A stretch of 62,898 bases of DNA, filler included. It is 13 parts of 13 records of this genome, joined end to end, with 100 filler letters (N's around TTAATTAATTAA, not from the genome) between each part and the next. Parts side by side here need not be neighbours in the genome. Positions count along the whole stretch, not along the records: positions 22,734 to 28,126 come from SRR7504441_4608; positions 28,227 to 32,593 come from SRR7504441_4615; positions 32,694 to 36,158 come from SRR7504441_4617; positions 36,259 to 41,242 come from SRR7504441_4618; 9 more parts are not named here. One strand, given 5' to 3'. This document shows, in pieces, positions 27,629 to 39,480 of this stretch; within the stretch, counting starts at the first letter, position 1, and every line of letters begins with the position of its first letter. Both the position numbers and the translations under genes were made by a program. The notes under the pieces were generated by a model. It ran no database searches. It was not told the DNA's origin and saw nothing but the letters and a program-made list of their open reading frames with translations.

Positions 27629-28126
27629 TCACATAGCCGGCGGTGATGCTGGCAGATGGATTTGGTAGTGGTTTGTGTTGACGTTCAAGAGCCGCACCAT
27701 TCGCTGAGCGGTCGGGTTGATATCGTGAATGAGTCGTGGCGGGATCGTCCTCGGGTCCACAGGCTGAGCAAACACTTCAGGATCCAGCGAGTCGTTCTTT
27801 ATCACTTGGATTCTCAGCCGGTAGGCCCGCCCAATCGCCCGGAGTTCATGCTCGCCTAGCGGCAGATAGCTCAGGCCGTCTCGCCCTTGCAGCTGCCTCG
27901 GCTGGGCCATCGCCTGTCTATAGTTGGCTATGATTCCTGGGTAGTCCACTTCCTGAACTCCGGCTTGCCACAGCTGGTTGTAGTCGACGATGCTCTGCTG
28001 GAACTCCTGCGGCATCACGAAAAAGTCCTCGATCTGCCCGAGCAGCAGGCTAATGTCCATCTCCTGCACCCAGAACGAGAACTGGGTCTGCAGATCAGCC
28101 ACGTACCCTTCGTCTTCAAACATCAA
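27629..28126 (-). CDS. 3' fragment, possible OTU-like cysteine protease C-terminus
   Basis: YRQAM..GEHELRAIGRAYRLRIQVI..LLNVNTNHYQ resembles the OTU variable loop and His box; the Cys box is absent from the contig. Confidence 0.45.
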   Translation of the reverse strand: MMFEDEGYVADLQTQFSFWVQEMDISLLLGQIEDFFVMPQEFQQSIVDYNQLWQAGVQEVDYPGIIANYRQAMAQPRQLQGRDGLSYLPLGEHELRAIGRAYRLRIQVIKNDSLDPEVFAQPVDPRTIPPRLIHDINPTAQRMVRLLNVNTNHYQIHLPASPPAM

Positions 28127-28526
28127 NNNNNNNNNNNNNNNNNNNNNNNNNNNNNNNNNNNNNNNNNNNNTTAATTAATTAANNNNNNNNNNNNNNNNNN
28201 NNNNNNNNNNNNNNNNNNNNNNNNNNTGTACCGGGCTGTATCGGGCTACACACCTACGCCTATGCTTTACCACTATACTTACGGCGCGAATAATTATATA
28301 GCTTAATATAGCGCGAATATGATAGGCAATGATTATGTGAATGCTCATGCGAATGGTGGTAGAATGACGGAATGATAGATTTACATGACATTTTAAACCG
28401 TGCCTGCTCACGAGTCTTGCTAGAGTCGTAGAGTCTTGCGGTAGCGGTGATCAGATTCATCAGCCTTGCAAACTTGAGCCGGAGCAACAGTCTGATCCAC
28501 GACCGGAGGCGGGAGACCGAGCAGTG

Positions 28527-29210
28527 ATGTGGCCGCACGAGGCGCGTGCATCGGCGCTGGCCGAGGAGCGCGATCAGCTGCGGCTGGAGGGCGAGCAGCT
28601 GCGGGCGGCGCAGGCCCGGCAGCGCGAGGCAGGCCAGCACAAGCTCCGTGGGTCCGCGGCCGGCGCGCGCGGCGGGCGAGCGGCGGACAGGAACGAGAAC
28701 TTCAAAGCCGGGCGGCTGGAGGAAGCGGTGAGCGCGTACAGCCAGGCGATCGAGATCGAGCCGACCGACCACGTGCGCCTCGGCACCGCGGCGCTGACGG
28801 TGCACAGATCTTCTGGGCCAATCGGTGCGCCTGCAGGCTGCAGATGGAACAGTGGGGCGACGCGGCGGCCGGTAGCGCGCAGGCGGGCACGCTCGGGGTG
28901 CTAGCCGTGGCAGATGCGGCCAAGGCAATTGAGCTCGACCCGAGCTTCCTCAAGGCGCACTACAGGCTTGCAGAGGCGCACCGCGGGGGTGGAGACCGGG
29001 CGGCGGCGCTGGAGGCGACAGAACGGGCGTGCCAGATCGCCAAGGCGCTCTGGGCCCGGCCAGGGGGTTGGCGAGCCGGGACAGGCTGGGTGCAAGAAGA
29101 AGGATCCGCTGCGGAAGCAAGTCGAGCAGCTGAGAGACGAGCTCAAGGCGGAGGAAGAAGCAGCGACGAAAGTCGAGCTGATAACCGACAACGAGTGCAC
29201 GCGTGTGTGA
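28527..29210 (+). CDS. TPR-repeat protein (Sti1/SGT-like TPR triplet), multi-exon
   Basis: NENFKAGRLEEAVSAYSQAIEIEP, IFWANRCAC, DAAKAIELDPSFLKAHYRLAEA. Confidence 0.85.
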
Positions 29211-29524
29211 CGTGTTGCTCCCCAGATTAACCTGCAGAGGATCGTGGCCCTCGTACATAGTAAATCTAGATAATATGTTCCTATTGATCTCATTTTATAG
29301 CGAGGACAGTTTACGTACAGTTTCCGCACAAAGGATCTGATCCGAAATAATTAGTGTACGGTCATAGTAGAGTACGGCCATGGCACAATCATACACATAA
29401 TGCGTAAATATGTCTAACACAATTTTAATCAGCGTCCTTCGTATATTCGGACATACCCGTATCGCTCGTGTATCCGCTTCGGCCAAGGTACTACAAGAAA
29501 CCTGCAAGGTTACGCACTCATTGA

Positions 29525-30955
29525 TCATTGCCGGTAGGCAAACGTCGGCTGAGTGCGTAACCTTGCTACTGTCTGCTCTAGCCCCGCGCCCGAAGCCGGC
29601 TGTTGCTGTGACATGTGCCGCGCCCACTCATTCCTGTCAATCACACCGTCGTTGTTGGTATCGATCTGATCAAACTTTGATTGGAGACCGCCCACTTTCA
29701 CATCTCGAACCTCGACGGCTGCCAGCTGCGTCCTGCCCAGCGGGCCCTTTCTGCCCTGATACGCCCTGGTCTGCTCGAGCTGCGCAGTCAGCTCCGCCAC
29801 CTTCCTCTCCAGCGCCGTCTCCCTCGTCGTGGTAATCACTCTCTGTGGGCTGGGTGGGCTGGCAATTGTGTTATAAGTCTGCGCCAGTTCAGCCCCCGCG
29901 CTCGCGGCCCGTATGCGCTGCTGGAGCTCGACCGTCTGTTGCTCAAGCCCGCGAGCCTCTTCTTTGAGCCGTTGCCCCATCCCGAGCAAGCTATCTGCTG
30001 CTGCACCCTGGCTTGCACCGGCTTGCCAGTTAGACTCACGTGAGGCGGCCACCCGCGCGTCAGCCATCTGAGCCGCGGCGACTGCGTCCTGGTAGTGCCG
30101 GATCGCTGGCTCGGTGTCTACTCGATAGTTGGCCACCTCCTTGGGTGGCTCCTCTGCTCGCGGCTCTTGCTGCGTTATCAGCAGCGGCATCGGCGGCGGC
30201 GGCGGCGGATGCCAGCCCATCATCGGCGGGGAGCCCGGCGGGTGCCCGAGCGGCACCGGTTGGCAGTTGACCGGTAGCTGGTGCACGGGGGGGCGACGAT
30301 GCACGGAGGCCATGTAGTCCCGGATCGCCTCTAGCAACCCAGCTTTGAGCGCCAGCCTATCGTGCCCTGAGAGTGTCCCGGCCGTCTCGTGCACCCAGCG
30401 CATGCAGGCGTCGGTCTCGGCGTCGATCTCGGCCTCCAGTGCGGCCGGGTCCGTTAGGCCGCCCCCGGGCTGGTTGATCTTCGTTTTGAGCTCGTGCAGC
30501 ATAGCGTGTACCCCCGCGGCGTGCTCCTCGAGTTCGGCCACCTGGCGCTGCATCTCCGACCGCGGCATCGCGTTCCGCAGTCCCGGCGCCGGAGGGGCGG
30601 CCACGGCCACCGGCGCTGGACCGGGCGAGGTGACCACCGGCTGGCGCCCTGCCCGGGCATGCCTGCAGGCCTCGGCCTCTCGCTTGATCTCGTCTATGTG
30701 CTTTAGCGCCTGGTCCACCGCCTGCTGCTTGGACCTGTCCACCGACCGATCGACCGGCGGTGCGGCCACCGGCTCGGCCGGCTGCTGGGCAGTCCCGCGG
30801 CCCCCAAACCGGGCCCGGATAGCGTCGAGGGTCTGGGCCGAGACGCGCCGGTTGAGCTGGGTCTTGATCAGCGCGGCCTTGACGCTGTCCTGGGTGTCCT
30901 GGCTCACCCGATCGTTGAGCTGGCTCCGCACGGCCTGGTAGTCCCCGGGCATCAA
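29525..30955 (-). CDS. Coiled-coil/Pro-rich protein with a C-terminal EF-hand
   Basis: 476-aa ORF; FDQIDTNNDGVIDRNEW. Confidence 0.75.
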   Translation of the reverse strand: MMPGDYQAVRSQLNDRVSQDTQDSVKAALIKTQLNRRVSAQTLDAIRARFGGRGTAQQPAEPVAAPPVDRSVDRSKQQAVDQALKHIDEIKREAEACRHARAGRQPVVTSPGPAPVAVAAPPAPGLRNAMPRSEMQRQVAELEEHAAGVHAMLHELKTKINQPGGGLTDPAALEAEIDAETDACMRWVHETAGTLSGHDRLALKAGLLEAIRDYMASVHRRPPVHQLPVNCQPVPLGHPPGSPPMMGWHPPPPPPMPLLITQQEPRAEEPPKEVANYRVDTEPAIRHYQDAVAAAQMADARVAASRESNWQAGASQGAAADSLLGMGQRLKEEARGLEQQTVELQQRIRAASAGAELAQTYNTIASPPSPQRVITTTRETALERKVAELTAQLEQTRAYQGRKGPLGRTQLAAVEVRDVKVGGLQSKFDQIDTNNDGVIDRNEWARHMSQQQPASGAGLEQTVARLRTQPTFAYRQ

Positions 30956-30988
30956 GTAGCCTGCCTCTACCGTCCCCCTCGAAGGGCT

Positions 30989-31381
30989 TTGATAGCGGGC
31001 GGTCAGGCCCGGGAGAAGGGGTCAGGCAAGGGCGAGGGGAAAGGCCAGCGGAAGAAGGGAGGAGGCAAGCGCAACGCGAATAACTCCTCCGCAGGCGGCG
31101 ACGGCGAGCGCAGACCGGTCGTAGAGGATATGGTTCAGAGCGTGCCTATCCCTGCGAACGCGGTGGGCTGGGTGATGGGCAAGGGTGGCACCCACATCAA
31201 CGCGATGCAGAAGCAGTCGGGCTGCACCCTGCGCCTGCAGGACAACGTTTGGAAGGACTTTGGCAGGGAGTGGAAGTATATCAGCCTGAAGGGCAGCGGC
31301 CGGAATGTGGACAAGGCCAAAAAGCTAATTTACTTGAGCCTCGAGAAATTTAACCCGGACGTTGCCGAGAAGAGCGAGTGA
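30989..31381 (+). CDS. KH-domain RNA-binding protein, probably lacking its 5' end
   Basis: IPANAVGWVMGKGGTHINAMQKQSGC (GxxG loop)..ISLKG..VDKAKKLI. Confidence 0.85.
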   Translation: MIAGGQAREKGSGKGEGKGQRKKGGGKRNANNSSAGGDGERRPVVEDMVQSVPIPANAVGWVMGKGGTHINAMQKQSGCTLRLQDNVWKDFGREWKYISLKGSGRNVDKAKKLIYLSLEKFNPDVAEKSE

Positions 31382-31641
31382 ACCCGGTGCTGCTGGCCAC
31401 TCGGTACGACTGCGCACTGAGGTGTGCAGAGGCACTTGATTAATTTAGCTGTTACGGTGACTCATCAATCACCGGTGGGTTGCTTACGTAGTAATGCAAG
31501 TACATGTAATAAGCACAATAAACTGTAATCGTATACGATTGTCATCCCGCTGGCCGGCGGGTTGTCCAAAAAGTAATGCAAGACATGTAATAAAGCACAA
31601 TGAACCGCAATCGATATTATAAATAATGACTTGTATATCGG

Positions 31642-32593
31642 TCATCCTTGTCTGAAGCTATCTCGCAAGTTGGCACTATCTCGCAGGTTGGAACTCTCCC
31701 TCATCGATGTCCAAAACGTGACCGCCGCCTTCTTGGCATTCGCCAGCTGCAGCTTTCTTCGCTGGTCCTCGGCCTCGGCTACCGTAGGCGAGTACCGCAA
31801 GAAGAAATCCTCAAACTCGTCTCTAGTCAGATCACCAGATCGGTCAGTATCAATAGCCTGGAAAAGCTGCCTGAGCAGTTCCGAACTCGGGCTCGCTATC
31901 CCCAATATTGCCTGAGCCTGCTCAGAAGAAGTGACGGCCTGGTGGAACTCATCCCGCGAGATCCGGCCGCAGCCATCCTTGTCGAATATCTTCCAGAGCT
32001 CTCCCACCGACAACTCAGCGCCCGGCTGCTGTGCTTGTTGCTTGCTGGCCACCACCTGCCGCAGCTGGTCCTGCACAGTCCGGTGCAGATCGGCCCTGTC
32101 CTCCCCCTCCTGCACCAGCAGCCCCTCCGCCTTAGCCAGCTGCTGGAGCGACCCAATGTCGTAGCATTTGTCGAGCCGCTGCTTGTCCACCCCGCGGCTG
32201 CCCAGGTGCTTTTTGAGCCACCCGTACTTGCACGCATCTCGCGTGACCTCCTCGCCGCCTGCCCGGCCTCGAATAGCCCCCGGCCCGCTCATACCGGAAG
32301 TATACAGCCGCCTGCCTGGCGCTGATGGCACATACTCGCAGTCCTCGACCTTCTCATGCAGCGACACGTCCACGTCCAGGACCCTGTTGTCGGCGGTGGG
32401 CGCACGGCAGCGCAGACTAGCGTGCTGCCCTCCCGAGCGGCCTGTCTGAGCCGGTGGGCCCAGGCGGTCGAACAACTGCTGCCATTCGATCCGGCTGACT
32501 GACTGATCGTCATCGGTGTCGGCCCGTTTGAACAATAAGAGCAGATCCAGCTCGGCTAAATCATCCGGCCGGAGCCCCATCATCTCGCACAGC
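31642..32593 (-). CDS. EF-hand protein, 5' truncated
   Basis: DTDDDQSVSRIE, DKDGCGRISRDE, DTDRSGDLTRDE. Confidence 0.85.
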
Positions 32594-33149
32594 NNNNNNN
32601 NNNNNNNNNNNNNNNNNNNNNNNNNNNNNNNNNNNNNTTAATTAATTAANNNNNNNNNNNNNNNNNNNNNNNNNNNNNNNNNNNNNNNNNNNNTACTCGC
32701 TTGTCAGCGCATTAGGGTCCTGATCAGCGAAAGCCCACCGGCCAGCCACCTGGACAGCTGCCGGTTGCACGGCAGGCCTGGTTTGCATCGGCAACCCTCG
32801 AGCCGCCAGCCCATGCCGCGGGAGAGCTGCCACACTGCCAGGGGCTACAGTGCCGTTGCAATTGTCGTTACCGGTTGCACAAGGAGCCGAAAGCTCATGG
32901 ACCTACATGAGTGCTATGCGTTCGCAAGTATGTCTGTCCTACTCGTGATCATCGCCATACAAGACACCATGCCCGTACTGCGACCGATGAGACGCCGATG
33001 AACTCATTTAATGTCAGGAAGCTTAGTTATAATTAGTGTCACGCAATCAACACATTGCAGTGCCGTGTGCACTTACAGTACTGCACTATACGTGTGCAAT
33101 CTTTGAGTGCATTATACGTGACCCCGTCGCGAGATCCATTTGAGTTAAC

Positions 33150-34989
33150 TTATTTAACGTTGGCCCCCTTATCTCGCGGGAACTTGCTCAGGTCAACGGG
33201 CCGGATTAGATTGTGCGACAGTGCGGCAACAGACACGAGCCCAGCCATTGTAAACATTGAGCTATCGTAGATGAACGGCGTGGGGTCAGCGATCCCGGCG
33301 GGCGCCAAGCTGAGCAACTTGCTGATGCTCACGGTCTTGGCATCAACCAGCTGTTGGCAGTCCGAGACGTGCACGCCGAACCGGTCATAAAACCTGCTCG
33401 GGTCCACCTGAGTGAGCAGCTTGCGGATCGCCTCGGCCTCCGAACTCGACCTGAGGCTGATGAATAAATTGGGGCCGGCTACGGCCGCCAGGGAGTTGAA
33501 GAGCAACATCCGTCCGTGGATAGCGCCAACGTCACGAGCCCCAAAAAGCGTGGCCTCGTAAGCTGGTGTGGTGGAAATCACTCCGCACGCCAGAAACACG
33601 GCCACAGAGGTGCCGCCCACGAACGCATAGAGCGGGAGCTGTGAGCCAGTAGCTGCCACCTGGTGCACCATCGTGGGAGCCGCCAGGAAGATCGGCAGTG
33701 ACCCAGCAATGATTGAATTAAATGCTGTTCGGCAGCCCACCCTATCCGACACGGCGCCCATCCCGAGCCGACCGGAGACATTGGCTGCGGAGAGCAGCAT
33801 CAGATAGGATGATGTCCAGGAGGCGGTGACCACGCCTGGCAGTGCGCCTGAGAAGACTTCGGAAGTCATCCCCTTGGCCACGGCGAAGAGCCCATACGTG
33901 CCAGTAGTTAGACAGGTGAAAGTGACCCCGAGCAAGTAGAACTGCGGCGTCCGCATCACCTGGTCGACCGTGAGCGACGGCGCTTGGCTGACGTCCGGGG
34001 GGGTGTATCCGTCAGGCAGCCACCCTGCCAGGCCTGTGAGCTCCGGGCCAGGCCGAGCAGGCACCGGGTCTGGGCGTGCGGATGGTCATTGCAGCGGCCG
34101 ACATCACTCCAAAGTAGCCAGCTCCGCAGAGCATTAACGCCTCGGCTGCACCGGTGCTCCCAGACCCGACTAGGTAGAGACCCTCCGATAGCCCAGGCCA
34201 GTCCAGGTGCGCCAACTCGGCACTGGTGGCCTGGACCACCTCCACCCATTCGCCGGCCGGCTGCTGTGCGAACAGCACCCCGTCCCGAGTTGTGGTCGGG
34301 CAGCTGTCCATTGGCCCGACAAACGTGGGCAGTGACCCAAACTGCCTCATCAGCTGGCCCATCAGCGGCACCGTCACCAGCGCGCCAGATCCAAACCCGG
34401 CCACCAGCGTGCCCACCGCCAGGCCCTTCCGGTCCGGAAACCACTGCATCAGGGCCTGTATCGGCGGGGTGTACGCCATCCCGACCCCGGCCCCGGCCAT
34501 CACCCCATACCCCAAGTTGAGCAGCCCTAGGCTGTGCCAGGCCACTCCGCAGCCGCCCAGCGCCACCCCGCCCCCAAACAAACCGGCCGCCACCGCCACC
34601 GACGCCCGGGGTCCGGCCGCCGCCTGCCACTTGCCTGCGGCCGCCCCGACCAGCCCGAACGCGGTGAACAGGATCGGCATCGGCATGGTGCTCTCGAGCA
34701 GCCCCCAGTCAGAGGCGGCCGGCGAGACCCAGCCGTGCTCGCGCACGATTGTGCTCGACACCACGCTCCAGGCCCAGCCGGTCCCAATGCACATGTGGGT
34801 GGCGAATGCCGGGAGCATCACCCGCCAGCGCGCCTCGAACCCTTCGGCCGCCACCGCCGACTCGGGCCGGAGCACTTGCGGACACCAGGTCGGGAGCGGT
34901 GGGGCCGGGCTGCTGCTGGCCAGGCCCCGCACCGCCAGCGGCACTTTGCCGGCCCGCCCCGCGGCGAGCCTGCAGCCCACCGACAGCAT
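33150..34989 (-). CDS. MFS transporter, oxalate/formate antiporter (OFA)-like, one intron
   Basis: HMCIGTGWAWS, GYGVMAGAGVGMAYTPPIQALMQWFPDRKGLA..GFGSGA, ANVSGRLGMGAVSDRVG; Arg-rich presequence-like N-terminus. Confidence 0.9.
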
Positions 34990-35143
34990 TGTACACGGCA
35001 ACACGTCTCCGCAGCGACCAGTCAGCTGTGCACTGATGAATGTACCTGCCGGTGCAGCATGTATCTACAGTAAATATGTACAATGCACGGTTTTCAAGAT
35101 CTATGAACTGACTAGCGGTTTGAACTGACTTGCTGTATTATCA

Positions 35144-36158
35144 CTAAAACAATGAGCTATCTAGGGATACAAGGGTCTCAATTGCAAGAGCAAGAGAGCT
35201 GTTTGTACTATTCGGCTTCACAGCCGGCGGAGATGGTGCAACAATTGGATTTGCAACCGTGGCATTTGCAGGAGCAGCTTGCAAAGCAACCTTTGTCTTA
35301 TTGTTATGTTTTGCCATGCTAGACATCGCTTTGTTGTATTCTTGTACACTTTGCGAAACCTCTTTGTCCGCAAACCCTTTAGCTTCAACTGCTTGTTGGG
35401 CCTCCATCTTTGCTGCATCCCGTTTTTCTTGCGCATCTAATAATTTCATTTTGGCATCTGCTATGCGCTTTGCTGCACGCGCAGTCTCCCTTTTGCTCTC
35501 ATCAACTATTTTTTGTTGGCCATGATAACTGCTTGTTGTAAAGTCCAGCTTGTCTTTTGCCTGCTTCATGGCAAGCTTCCTTTTCATTAACTCGTTCTGT
35601 TGGTCGTTGAGCGTTGCGTCGACTTTTGTCTTGTCAGTTTGCAGATCCTTCACCTTGTCATTCAATGCAGACAACTTCTTCTCAAGTAGGATGGCCAGCT
35701 TCTGCTTCTCAGCTGCCTTCTTGGCCGCTCGCTGCTGCTTCCGAGCTGCCTTATCCTTGTTTCGTGCCGCAAATTCCTGTTGCTGAAGCCACCCAGGAAT
35801 GAGCCGAGAGACGAATGGGGCGGGGTACCTTCTTAAGCAGGCGTGCCTGCTCTTTTACCACTCGCTTTTTGTCCTCTTTCTTCTCTTTAATCCTCTGTTG
35901 CACAACAGCCCGTCAGACAGTTGAGACCAGCATGCACCACCTGCTCCTTTTCCTCCTTTTCATCCTCGTCGTTCTGCGACTCTTGTGTCAGCTTTTTAAT
36001 CTGCACAAGGGCCGTCGTTAGCCAGGTGCAGCTCCTGCAGTGGCCACCTCATCGCTTGCCTTATCAGCACCAGAATCTGCCGCATCTGCAGCTGCGGGCT
36101 TCTCCTCTGACTCATCCTTTTGTTCCACTTTCTCTAGTTCTTTCTTCTCCTGTCATTA
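35144..36158 (-). CDS. Lys/Glu/Ala-rich coiled-coil protein, 5' truncated, multi-exon
   Basis: ORF 35144-35674 plus upstream charged exons separated by short introns. Confidence 0.65.
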
Positions 36159-36258
36159 NNNNNNNNNNNNNNNNNNNNNNNNNNNNNNNNNNNNNNNNNN
36201 NNTTAATTAATTAANNNNNNNNNNNNNNNNNNNNNNNNNNNNNNNNNNNNNNNNNNNN

Positions 36259-38681
36259 CCCGCAAGTTTGACGGAGTCGGCGCACAGCCGAGCCCGGCGG
36301 CCCAGCCCGAGCCAGCCAGACCCGCCGCCCCGCCCGAGCAGCCGTCCCCGGCAGCCGACCCCCCAGCCAAGCGGCCCAAGCCCAGCCCGGGCCCTCGCGT
36401 GACCAAAAAGTGGCTGAGCGGTGACGGCGGAACAGCCGACGGCTCCCATGAGGAAGACACCTCCGGCTCGCTGGCTGCCCGGTGAGCTGCTGCGGCGCCG
36501 GGCTCTAGATAAGCAGAGGGGCAGCTACCTCCAGCGGCAGCGGCTCAAGCAGGCGCCCAAGGGCGGGCCGGGCACAGTGCTCGTGTCCGGCATGTCCAAC
36601 TACACCGCCGAAGCCCAGGTGCGGCCCGGCCGGGGCGCGCGAGTGGGCCTGGCAGCTGTGGGAGCTCCTGTCCAAGGCTGGCACGGTGAGGCTGCTGGTG
36701 CTGGGGATTGATCGGTGTGACCGCAAGCCCGTCGGGTGGCACGGCCGCAGGCCGCAGTCAACCGGGCGGGCAGGTTTGCGTTGGTGGCGTTTGACTCAAT
36801 CGCGCAGGCGCGGGGCCAGTCCGCGGTGGGGGCTGAGGCGAGTGGGCAGGCAAGCGCAGCGGTCGGGCTGTTTGATGGCAAGGCTGTTTAATTCATCAGT
36901 CGATTCAGTGCTGATAGAGCCACAGGTGCTGGATGAGGCGACCATCAAGGCTAGCCTGGTTGATCCGCTCGAAGGCCCCGAGGACGCGCGCCGGTTCGGT
37001 GTGCCGGCCGATCAATGCACCTGGCTAGTAACATGGGCAGGCAATCGCACCCGGGTGTGCACTGCAGCCAACTGGGAGGAGCCGGTTCTCGGCGCTGACT
37101 GGCGAGAGGCCGCGAGCGCGTGGCCAGGCGCACAACCGGCACGTGATCCAGGCAGTCGCGTTTGACAACCGCGAGAAGGGGTACTCAGTGTCGGTGCCTT
37201 TGCTCAAAGCCCAGGTAGCGAACAAGCTGTCCAGGTCGGCCAAATCGAATTCGACCGGAGGCTGCGGTCCGAGGCCCCCACGCTCAAGTACCGGAGGCGG
37301 AAGGACGAGCTCAAGACAGTGCGGAGGGCCGGTTTGGAGCGTTCAAGAGGGGGCTGCAGGTGTGTCACTGGGGCCAGCGGAAGCTGCTCATGGCGGAGAT
37401 TGAGTTTCTCACGCTGCACGCCAACCCAGGCCAAGAGGCCACTGTAGTGTACATCGGAGCGGCCCCAGGAGCGCACATCCCCTATCTATGTCAGGCGAGA
37501 TGCCACTGGCTGCCTGTTGCTCACCGCTCAGCAGCTTTTCCCCAAACTCAAATTCGAATTGATAGACACAACCCCATTCAGCTGCGGCGAGACCCACGCG
37601 GTGCGGATCCGCAGACAAGCGATGACTCCGCAGTTAGCCGAGGAATTTAAGGACCGCGAGAGGTATGGGCCCTGGGCTGGCCTGCAGTAACGGCGGAGCA
37701 GGTACCCGCAGCTGCTGTACATTAGCGACACACGAAAGTCTTCTGATCCTGATGCCCAAACCGAAGACGAGAGTGATGCTCAGGTCAGCACACCTGTTCA
37801 GTTCCAGTTGGATTGAGTGATCTGGCAGGCGCGGCGGGAAATGGAGAACCAGAAGCGATGGCACCAGGTCTCAAGCTGGGTTGTATTGAGGATGAGTGCC
37901 TGGGTTCAGGCGATGCAACCGACTGCCTCAATGTTGAAATTCCGACTGAGCTGGGAGCCGGGACTCACTGAATATCTGGAGGGCGACGTGAGAGTGCCCA
38001 TCCTGGCTGCTGCTGACTAGTGTCAGATATTTCTGCCTATATGGGGCCCAGTGACCACCTCAGAGAGTCGGTGACTCCGTTAGCTGTGTCCAAGCTGACA
38101 GCACGGACAGGTTGCACTGCACCGCTGGGGCTAAGATGGTGCAATGGGATAACACCAAGTGGAGCGCCGTTGTTCCATTCGGCTGAGCTAGTGCAGGTAT
38201 GAGCGACAAATGTTCTATTTCAATACGCACACAAGAGTGGCTCTTTACGCTCATCCAGTGGAATCAGCACACGTCTGCCAGCTGCTCTAATACTCTGAGC
38301 CTTAGCAGGTGAGTGCACCGGGTTTGGATCACTGCTACGACTGTACAGCTGAGGTAGGCCAGGCAGGCAATGGCAGTGGCAGTGTTAGCGCACGGGCTTA
38401 GGTGCATGTGCTTAAGTCTTATCTTGTCAAATTCCACCAAGAGGAGGTGCCACTCTCTCGCTGCTGTGGGTCGAGCTGGCCGACCAGGTGAGCTCCTTCA
38501 GCGACAAAGAGCTGCGTGATGAGCTATCGCAAATGGTCATAACGGTGCGGCATTTGTATGTCAGTGGCTCTTAATACGTGGGGCTGGACAGGTTGGTAGA
38601 AAGTGCTCACTCAAGCGAACCCTTGAGGATGCCAATCCGGGGCCGAGGACACAAGCTCCGGAAGTTCGGAATTGGCTTTGA
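36259..38681 (+). CDS. CBP20-like RRM fused to a VP39/PARP-regulatory-subunit-type cap 2'-O-methyltransferase; about 20 introns; 5' truncated
   Basis: Hand-spliced RRM: NYTAEAQLWELLSKAGTVRLLVLGIDR..VGFALVAF..DGKVLDEATIK. MTase: KYRRRKDELKTVCHWGQRKLLMAEIEFL, VYIGAAPGAH, YISD, MLKFRL, WGPVTTSESRL, YFNTHTR, DHCYDCTAE. Stop TGA at 38679-38681. Confidence 0.88.
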
Positions 38682-39098
38682 GGAGACGAGTAGGAGCTCA
38701 CGCCCATGATGCTTGAAGCTATAGAAGCAGTTAGCTACATGTACGGTATACAAGCATGCTGTTCATGTGTTAGGCATGTGTTGTACTGAGGCCATAATGC
38801 ATACATGTATAGGCTAAAATGCATACATCCGCTTAGTATCCGCTACCTACCGCTACCGCACAATCATGTAGGGTATACGTAAACACTAGTTAGTCATCGG
38901 TTCTGAATCAATCATCAACCTGATCTAGAGGACCGACACCAGAGATCCTTTATTATAATTATTATAAACAGTTAACTCTGAGTTAACTCTAGTATCATTC
39001 TCTAAGTACTATCTAAGTACTATCCAAGTACAAGTACGTTACCTATGCACCCTACCGTTCATGAGTCAAAGAGTTACCCTCAACCTACCCTTGACCAC

Positions 39099-39480
39099 CT
39101 ATCGACCACCTCCAGCTCGCCGTTCAATCGCCTCCAAGCCTTGTTGAAGCTTTCTTGTCAACGAGTTCTCTTGGTTCGACGCTGTGGCTTTCTTCTTTCC
39201 TAGGCTCCCGAGGAATCCCAGCATGACCCCTGCTACTGCCGCACCTATCAGCAAAAGTCAACCCAATCAGATGCACAAGGTGCACCATCTTCGCTGGGCA
39301 TTAAGTTGGGCGCGGGAGCCTAAGGGGAGCCATCATTAAAAGTTGTCCCGGGCAGAAGGAAGGGCGGACCGCACCTCGCGACCGTGCATTGTGTTCATCA
39401 GCAGCGAGGGCGCCACCGAGGCCCCGGTACATGACGGGAACGTGCTGATCCGGGTGTCCATGACTGCCAGGATCACTGAA
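39099..39480 (-). CDS. Possible small spliced hypothetical gene
   Basis: Terminal exon AAVAGVMLGFLGSLGKKK..ERRAGGGR* follows an AG acceptor; upstream structure unresolved. Confidence 0.25.

Noticed and set aside
36883-38591. Stop-codon reassignment or programmed frameshifting to explain broken ORFs
   Set aside because: Each break is resolved by a short GT/GC-AG intron, and TAA, TAG and TGA all end genes normally
37235-38681. Endogenous giant-virus insertion, suggested by the VP39-like gene
   Set aside because: The gene is densely intronised like host genes and has no viral neighbours on the contig
38960-39040. Short tandem motifs (gttaactct, ctaagtacta) and frequent TACATGTA/GTAC words in spacers
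   Set aside because: Low-complexity AT-rich intergenic sequence with no terminal repeats or structure that supports an element
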